Shown here one piece after another: positions 5,508 through 10,854 of a stretch of 10,854 bases of DNA. Position 1 is the first letter of the stretch; each line of letters begins with the position of its first letter. A model generated the notes under the pieces. That model ran no database searches and was not told the DNA's origin. It saw only the letters and a list, made by a program, of their open reading frames with translations. The translations under genes were made by a program, and so were the position numbers. The DNA is from a virus (lineage: Duplodnaviria; Heunggongvirae; Uroviricota; Caudoviricetes). The stretch lies in IMG/VR virus record IMGVR_UViG_2740892230_000028; one strand, given 5' to 3'.

Positions 5508-5879
5508 CTACCGCATATCCATATCTAACCGGACATTCAGAGCCATAAGCATTCCTTCAATAATACCTTCCGCTTTATAAAGCCTTTTACCAATAAGCCC
5601 ATCAGAACATCTATGCTTACGTGCAAGAGCCATAAATGTCATTCCACCTACGTAATAATCCACCAACAAATCGTGCAAATACTGATTATTCTTGTTTAAT
5701 CGTGCCATACAACCACAAATTATCATGGCGTCATCATCAGAACACTGAGGACGTGATTTCACTTTAGTCGGGATTAATCCTTTAAAACCAGCAGCTATCG
5801 AGGGCCATGTTACATCTTCATGATTATTTGCTGCCCATGCCCCCCATCGCTCAAGAACCATCTGGATATCACGCGCCAT
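5508..5879 (-). CDS. Short Q-family antitermination protein (quuD-like, ~124 aa)
   Basis: [61 protein letters not shown]...; ATG at 5879 with GAGGTGG 5 nt upstream; overlaps the rusA 3' end by 11 nt. Resembles the short antiterminator that follows rusA in E. coli DLP12, from memory. Confidence 0.7.
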   Translation of the reverse strand: MARDIQMVLERWGAWAANNHEDVTWPSIAAGFKGLIPTKVKSRPQCSDDDAMIICGCMARLNKNNQYLHDLLVDYYVGGMTFMALARKHRCSDGLIGKRLYKAEGIIEGMLMALNVRLDMDMR

Positions 5880-6240
5880 CGTTACCACCTCTGATTTCGT
5901 AAATCTTCACGCCCAGCCGTCCACCTGGCACAGGCTGACCGCGCACAATATTGATTTCATCAAACTGCTCGTCATCAATGAGCACTTCCGCATGCGTCAG
6001 CGCATCCAGCGGTGCTTTCAGAATGTTGTCCAGGTCACGGCGGCGCTTATCCGGTGGTTCTGCAATAATTTTTATTGCCAGCCGTCCGGACAGGCTTAAT
6101 TTCAGCCGCTGCTGGCGAACAATAAGCGCCACAGCCCGGCGATAACGCTCACCGGCTTTTGATACAAAATATGTGCTGCCACGACGTCGCCAGTAGGTGT
6201 TCACCGTCGGCGGGTAAGGCAAAACAAACTCTATACGCAT
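5869..6240 (-). CDS. rusA: Crossover junction endodeoxyribonuclease RusA (Holliday junction resolvase)
   Basis: [41 protein letters not shown]...[31 protein letters not shown]... matches the conserved RusA core (DKRRRDLDN); AAGAGGT SD upstream of the ATG at 6240. Confidence 0.9.
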   Translation of the reverse strand: MRIEFVLPYPPTVNTYWRRRGSTYFVSKAGERYRRAVALIVRQQRLKLSLSGRLAIKIIAEPPDKRRRDLDNILKAPLDALTHAEVLIDDEQFDEINIVRGQPVPGGRLGVKIYEIRGGNDGA

Positions 6241-6252
6241 CAGTAACCTCTT

Positions 6253-6827
6253 TTACCCGAGCACGCCGGTTGCAAAAGCGTGATCAAGAAAACGAAAAAT
6301 TAAATCAACCTGGGAACCATGCTTTTCTTCGAACGCCAGCGGATCCGCATGAAGCTCGTTGTGATGCTCCCGACACAGCGGTAGCGTGAAAATATCGTGG
6401 GATTTTGTTCCCATTCCACCCTGACCATGACCAATCAGATGATGAGGATCGTCCGCTGGCTTACCACAACACGCACACGGCTGTGTCTTTACCCAGCGTG
6501 TGTATTTCTCATTTACCCAGCGGCGACGTTTAGGTCGTTTCATGAAGGATTCCGGAGACTCCGGATCAACGGCAATGCTGACCACCGTCTTTTCCTGTGG
6601 TGGGTTCTGTTGCTGGTGGGTGTGAGGCGGTAGCGCAATATTTTTTGTGCGCTGCTTCAGTATGCTGGTGGCGGTCTGTTCTCCCGGTATGATGTCGCTT
6701 TCACGGTATACGGAGCGGATTTTTTCCGCCGGTAATCCCAGAGAACGACGCGATACTGCCTCAGGTAATGCGTCCACCACCTGATTGCAGACTGCCCACC
6801 AGGATAATTCAGCCAGCGATAATTCCC
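6253..6827 (-). CDS. DUF968 (YdfU-like) prophage protein, C-terminal ~190 codons (5' end lost in N-run)
   Basis: ...ELSLAELSWWAV...TVVSIAVDPESP...WVKTQPCACCGKPADDPHHLIGHGQGGMGTKSHDIFTLPLCREHHNELHADPLAFEEKHGSQ...; stop TAA at 6253-6255 is 12 nt before the rusA start. Confidence 0.75.
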
Positions 6828-6837
6828 NNNNNNNNNN

Positions 6838-7148
6838 CCCACCACAACGCTGGCAGTTTCTGAAAACCGGCACACCCTGTTTTTCCGACTCTTCACGATG
6901 AATGGCAACACCGCGCCCACGACAATCTGTACAGGCGGTGGAAACCTCCCCCTTTCCGCCACACTCCGGACAGGCAACTTTTANNNNNNNNNNACCACCA
7001 CAACGCTGGCAGTCTCTGATAACAGGCATACCACGTTTTACCGACTCTTCACGATGAATGGCAACACCGCGCCCACGACAATCTTTACAGGCGGTGGAAA
7101 CCTCCCCCTTCCCTCCACACTCCGGACAGGCAACTTTTACCACCTCCC
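6838..7148 (-). repeat. Two near-identical ~150-bp coding units, each encoding a paired CxxCxGxG zinc-ribbon module, separated and flanked by N-runs
   Basis: 6838-6983 and 6994-7148 differ by several substitutions; each encodes ...KVACPECGGKGEVSTAC(K/T)DCRGRGVAIHREES.K.G.PV.R.CQRCGG. The same module begins at the end of the Q-like N-terminal piece (7159-7245). Confidence 0.6.
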
Positions 7149-7158
7149 NNNNNNNNNN

Positions 7159-7734
7159 GACACCACGCCCACGGCAATCCTTACAGGCGGTGGAAACCTC
7201 ACCCTTTCCGCCACACTCCGGACAGGCAACTTTTACCACCTCCCTGACTTTTTTCCATTCCTCCCAGTAAGACGGATACACGCCTTTTGTGCACTTTGCC
7301 CACACTGGCGGCTTACCATCCGGATACTGGATCTTGTTTGTAAAAACCTCGCTTTCAATAAATTTTTTTCCGTGACAGCAGGGGCACTGTTTTTTGCTCG
7401 CCGCGCTACGGGCATAATCTTCAAACGCATACGAAGCCATAATGCGCATCACTACCGGTTTTATTTCTGCCGGGAGTTTTCTCAACGCCGCCACACGATC
7501 GCACCGACTGAGTGCATAATCTGCCAGTAATTCTGTTGCCCGCGCCCTGTCATTCATACTGATGCCCATTTTCCCCAGGAACGCAGAAAACCCCATCTCA
7601 GCCCGATTCTGTGTCATGCCCTGCGCGGCCATCACATCAGTGATACTCAGCGCATCTTTTGACGTTGAGGCCGATGCATCAGTCAGGCCGGGGGATTTTG
7701 GGGAGTAGTATTTCGGTAAATCTTCCAGTTTCAT
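7159..7734 (-). CDS. Lambda-Q-family antitermination protein, N-terminal part (3' end lost in N-run)
   Basis: MKLEDLPKYYSPKSPGLTDASASTSKDALSITDVMAAQGMTQNRAEMGFSAFLGKMGISMND...MASYAFEDYARSAASKKQCPCCHGKK... aligns motif for motif with my recollection of the lambda Q N-terminus (SPKSP, TDVMAA.GM.Q, GF..AF.GK, S.ND, FAY.DY.RSAA, C..CHG). The ATG at 7734 overlaps the upstream rusA stop (ATGA). Confidence 0.65.
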
Positions 7735-7968
7735 TTTTTGACCTGCCCTTCAAGCATTATGGGGTAAATCTTCACCCCCATACGTCCACCAGATACTGGC
7801 TGACCACGAACGATATTGATTTCATCAAACTGCTCATCGTCCATTAACACTCCCGCATGCGTCAGCGCATCCAGCGGTGCTTTCAGGATATTGTCCAGGT
7901 CGCGACGACGCTTATCCGGTGGCTCTGCAATCACCTTTATCGCCAGCCTTCCGGACAGGCTTAATTTC
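7731..7968 (-). CDS. rusA: RusA, C-terminal half (5' end lost in N-run); runs directly into the Q-like gene
   Basis: ...[78 protein letters not shown]. Confidence 0.75.
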
Positions 7969-7978
7969 NNNNNNNNNN

Positions 7979-8243
7979 GCAACCCCGCATGCGTCAGCGC
8001 ATCCAGCGGCGCTTTCAGAATATTGTCCAGGTCACGGCGGCGCTTATCCGGTGGCTCGGCAATAATCTTTATCGCCAGCCTTCCGGACAGGCTTAATTTC
8101 AGCCGCTGCTGGCGAACAATAAGCGCCACAGCCCGGCGATAACGCTTTCCCTCCTCCGAGATAAAATATGTGCTGCCACGGCGTCGCCAGTAAGTGTTCA
8201 CCGTCGGCGGGTAAGGTAAAACAAATTCTATGCGCTCGGTCAT
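7979..8243 (-). CDS. rusA: RusA, N-terminal part (3' end lost in N-run); a different copy from 7731-7968
   Basis: [88 protein letters not shown]; the segment before the N-run overlaps in homology with the segment after it, so the two pieces are not contiguous. Confidence 0.75.
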
Positions 8244-8590
8244 TTATGCTTTCCACTTCAGAACACCCGAATTTCTCGCGTGCATTAAAAAACGAATCAG
8301 CAACAACAGCTGGCTGCCGTGTTTTTCTTCAAAATCTTTTACCCCGGCGTGTAGTTCGCTATGGCATTTACGGCACAGCGGAATAACAAACAAATCATCA
8401 GCCTTTGTTCCCATCCCTCCCAGTCCATGACCAATGATGTGATGCGGATCATCTGCCTGATTGCCACACGTCATGCATTTCTGCGTTTTTACCCAGCGCG
8501 TGTATACAGGCATCTCTTCCCGTTGTGATTTCTGGCGCTGGAGATACTGAGCCGGTGACTCCGGATCAACGGCAATGCTGACCACCGTCT
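8244..8590 (-). CDS. Divergent DUF968-type C-terminal Cys/His domain protein (5' end lost in N-run), immediately followed by rusA
   Basis: TVVSIAVDPESPAQYLQRQKSQREEMPVYTRWVKTQKCMTCGNQADDPHHIIGHGLGGMGTKADDLFVIPLCRKCHSELHAGVKDFEEKHGSQLLLLIRFLMHARNSGVLKWKA*; roughly half the residues match the other DUF968 C-termini. Confidence 0.6.
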
Positions 8591-8600
8591 NNNNNNNNNN

Positions 8601-8633
8601 TGGCGGGTAAGGTAAAACCAAATCTATGGGCAT
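8601..8633 (-). CDS. rusA: rusA 5' fragment (first 11 codons, then N-run)
   Basis: ATG at 8633 with AGAGGTGA SD; MPIDLVLPYPP matches the RusA N-terminus (cf. [11 protein letters not shown] at 6240). Confidence 0.6.
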
Positions 8634-8645
8634 CAGTCACCTCTT

Positions 8646-9088
8646 TTACCCAAGCACGCCTGTTGCGAAGGCGTGATCAAGAAAATGAAAAATTAACTCA
8701 ACCTGGGAGCCGTACTTTTTCTCAAACTCCAGCGGGTCAGCATGAAGTTCGTTGTGGTGCTCCCGGCACAACGGTAGTGTGAAAATATCGTGGGCCTTTG
8801 TTCCCATTCCGCCCTGCCCATGGCCAATCAGGTGATGCGGATCATCAGCTGGCTTTCCACAACATGCGCACGGCTGCGTCTTAACCCAGCGTGTGTACTT
8901 TTCATTAACCCAGCGACGACGTTTAGGCCGTTTCATGAAAGATTCCGGAGACTCCGGATCAACGGCGATGCTTACTACCGTCTTTTCCTGTGGCGTGGTT
9001 TGTGGCTGGTGGGCGTGAAGCGGTAGCGCTATGTTTTTTGTGCGCTGCTTCAGGATGCTGGTGGCGGTCTGTTCTCCCGGTATGATGT
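8646..9088 (-). CDS. DUF968 (YdfU-like) protein, C-terminal part (second copy; 5' end lost in N-run)
   Basis: ...IIPGEQTATSILKQRTKNIALPLHAHQPQTTPQEKTVVSIAVDPESPESFMKRPKRRRWVNEKYTRWVKTQPCACCGKPADDPHHLIGHGQGGMGTKAHDIFTLPLCREHHNELHADPLEFEKKYGSQVELIFHFLDHAFATGVLG*. Fragment 9099-9247 is a further paralogous linker piece. Confidence 0.75.
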
Positions 9089-9257
9089 NNNNNNNNNNCG
9101 GGTTTTGCTGGTGGGCGTGAGGCAGCGGCGCAAGATTTTTTGTGCGCTGCTTCAGTATGCTGGTGGCGGTCTGCTCTCCCGGTACGATGTCGCTTTCACG
9201 GTACATTGAGCGGATTTTTTCCGCACGCAACCCCAGCGAACGACGTANNNNNNNNNN

Positions 9258-9635
9258 TGATGTCGCTTTCACTGTACACAGAGCGAATTTTTTCCGCACG
9301 CAACCCCAGCGAACGACGTAATACCGCTTCCGGTAGCGCGTCCGCCACCTGATTGCGGACCGCCCACCAGGATAATTCAGCCAGAGATAATTCACGCTCC
9401 TGCGTACCGCTTATTGCGTGACGGATGATGTCAATCATCCAGGCGGCCAGATTCTGTTGAGCAAGTTGATCCAGTGAATCAGATGTCTGCTCCCGCAGCT
9501 GGTTGTCGCAGTGCCAGCACAACACCATTGCGCCGGTACCATAACGGTGAATGACGGTTTCGCTGTGATGATAATCACCGTGTAGCCACTGGCAGGATTT
9601 CACGTGACGTAATAACCAGTCAGACAGTGCACCAG
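9258..9635 (-). CDS. DUF968 protein, middle section (bounded by N-runs)
   Basis: GALSDWLLRHVKSCQWLHGDYHHSETVIHRYGTGAMVLCWHCDNQLREQTSDSLDQLAQQNLAAWMIDIIRHAISGTQERELSLAELSWWAVRNQVADALPEAVLRRSLGLRAEKIRSVYSESDI; about 90% identical to the overlapping part of 9646-10041. Confidence 0.7.
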
Positions 9636-9645
9636 NNNNNNNNNN

Positions 9646-10041
9646 TATGCCATTCATTGCGTGGCGGATGACGTCAATCATCCATGCTGACAGGTTTTGT
9701 TGAGCAAGTTGCTCAAGTGATTCGGATGTCTGGTCGCGCAGCTGGTTGTCGCAGTGCCAGCACAACACCATTGCGCCGGTACCATAACGATGTATGACAG
9801 TTTCGCTGTGATGATAATCACCATGAGGCCACTGGCAGGATTTAACGTGACGTAATAACCAGTCAGACAGTGCACCAGCGCCACCAGCAGCACGAATCAC
9901 ACGCTCATTGCTGAAAAATGGCAGTAATGATTTATCTTCCGCCAGCGGCTGGCGAACGGCAGGAACGACCCCGGACGGCAGATTACGCATGCTTTTCGGT
10001 TCCGGCTCCACCAGTACCCGGGTATTGTGGAATACCGGCAT
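9646..10041 (-). CDS. DUF968 protein, N-terminal section (3' end lost in N-run); start uncertain
   Basis: MPVFHNTRVLVEPEPKSMRNLPSGVVPAVRQPLAEDKSLLPFFSNERVIRAAGGAGALSDWLLRHVKSCQWPHGDYHHSETVIHRYGTGAMVLCWHCDNQLRDQTSESLEQLAQQNLSAWMIDVIRHAMNGI. ATG at 10041; an in-frame GTG at 10113 with GGAGGT 3 nt upstream is an alternative start. Confidence 0.6.
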
Positions 10042-10064
10042 GGATTCACGGCCCGGCTTAACGA

Positions 10065-10209
10065 TCACCAGCCCGAGTTCCGGTACCAGAACAGGTCGAA
10101 GTAATACCCGCACATTACCTCCAGATCCGTTGCTGGAATGTGCGGGACGGACGCGGTGGCCGTTCGGAGTAAGGGAGCCTGACGGAGATTATCCAGTGAC
10201 GGTAGTCGA
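10065..10209 (-). CDS. C-terminal fragment of an unidentified upstream nin-region gene
   Basis: Open frame ...RLPSLDNLRQAPLLRTATASVPHIPATDLEVMCGYYFDLFWYRNSGW* ending at TGA 10065-10067, 24 nt upstream of the DUF968 ATG; no family recognised. Confidence 0.3.
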
Positions 10210-10243
10210 NNNNNNNNNNGCGAATTGTAAACCAGAATGCCAG

Positions 10244-10271
10244 GAAAAAACAAAACCCGCCGAAGCGGGTT
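10244..10271 (-). terminator. Intrinsic terminator, minus strand
   Basis: AACCCGC-CGAA-GCGGGTT perfect 7-bp stem with a U-run on the minus strand; duplicate of 10811-10840. Confidence 0.55.
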
Positions 10272-10440
10272 AAGTGCNNNNNNNNNNTGACTTAAATGCG
10301 TGAGAATACCGCTCGTGCGTGTGGGCAAGAACGGTCGAATTATCATGTTTGTAATATTTTGCGTTGCGTGCCATCGGTTTTCTCCGGTGGCACGGTGTTA
10401 CTCAGCGGGAGTTCAGCCCCGCGCAAGATTGTAGATGAGT

Positions 10441-10692
10441 TTATTCTTCTGAAAAAGCAGAAAAGCCAGCTTTTATTCCGATCTCTTTCAATACCTGTAA
10501 TGAAGTGACAAACTCACCGTCGCGCAAGATAAATCCGTCCGTCACTCGGGCATCCACAAAATTAATTAACGCAGCCCCATTTTTTTGCAAACACACAATG
10601 CGGTAATGACTAACAATATTTCCATTTTCAACGCACACAGCATAGAGGCCATCTTCACAAAAAATTTTACGCAGTTCTTCGATGTTCATCAT
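10441..10692 (-). CDS. Hypothetical prophage protein (83 aa)
   Basis: ATGATG start with GGAAGGA about 7 nt upstream; MMNIEELRKIFCEDGLYAVCVENGNIVSHYRIVCLQKNGAALINFVDARVTDGFILRDGEFVTSLQVLKEIGIKAGFSAFSEE; compact gene with terminators on both sides. Confidence 0.6.
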   Translation of the reverse strand: MMNIEELRKIFCEDGLYAVCVENGNIVSHYRIVCLQKNGAALINFVDARVTDGFILRDGEFVTSLQVLKEIGIKAGFSAFSEE

Positions 10693-10810
10693 CAGAATCC
10701 TTCCGGATAATTAGCTCTCCCCTTTAAGGGACCATCCCTCTTATCCCTGCGCGCTACTTAAGTATTTTTGATTCTATTCCGGCACCGTCCAGAACTTCAA
10801 ATGCGTTGAA

Positions 10811-10840
10811 AATAAAAACAAAAACCCGCCGAAGCGGGTT
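10811..10840 (-). terminator. Intrinsic terminator, minus strand
   Basis: AACCCGC-CGAA-GCGGGTT stem (10823-10840) preceded on the plus strand by an A-rich run, which is a U-run after the hairpin on the minus strand. Confidence 0.6.
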
Positions 10841-10854
10841 AAGTGCGGGTGCGT

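Noticed and set aside
5129-5580. Plus-strand ORFs of 81 and 68 aa opposite the CPBP gene and the Q-proximal intergenic region
   Set aside because: They are antisense to a well-supported gene or lie in AT-rich intergenic DNA, have no SD and a low-complexity composition.
6898-7530. 210-aa and 70-aa plus-strand ORFs antisense to the Q-like gene
   Set aside because: Both span N-runs and consist of repeated TAPTTI.TGGGNLPL units, which are simply the antisense reading of the zinc-ribbon repeats.
8646-9395. 249-aa ORF as one intact gene
   Set aside because: The N-terminal 46 residues (9258-9395) are read in the wrong frame of the true DUF968 gene, and the ORF crosses two N-runs. It is split into the partial features listed above.
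1-10854. Runs of exactly 10 N (19 of them) as a possible biological signal
   Set aside because: Uniform length and placement between paralogous segments indicate scaffold gaps or masking, not sequence. They are treated only as a caveat for every feature that touches them.

Overview
This window reads as the nin / Q / late-promoter-proximal region of lambdoid prophage(s) from an E. coli-like enterobacterium, with essentially every credible gene on the minus strand (transcription runs right to left). The key caveat is that 19 runs of exactly 10 N cut the window into about 20 pieces, and sequence on either side of many runs is paralogous (roughly 90-95% identical) rather than contiguous. I interpret it as a scaffold or collapsed assembly of several related prophages, so gene order across N-runs is unreliable and ORFs spanning N-runs in the supplied track are composites. 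From right to left the content is: an 83-aa hypothetical gene; DUF968 (YdfU-like) genes present as several divergent copies, three of which run straight into a rusA start; a lambda-Q-like antiterminator N-terminus followed by near-identical ~150-bp CxxCxGxG zinc-ribbon units; a short quuD-like Q antiterminator overlapping rusA; an AT-rich CPBP/Abi-type intramembrane protease moron directly after Q; a small ORF with its own terminator; an N-terminal DNA methyltransferase fragment; an AraC-family regulator; a three-tRNA cluster (Ile2/Met-CAU, Arg-UCG, Arg-UCU); a zone dense in strand-specific intrinsic terminators and a recurring structured repeat; and the 5' part of a DUF1737-like gene of the kind that precedes lysis cassettes. 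No Shiga toxin, integrase, IS element or CRISPR array is visible. All family assignments rest on motifs read by eye and recalled homologues; no search was run.
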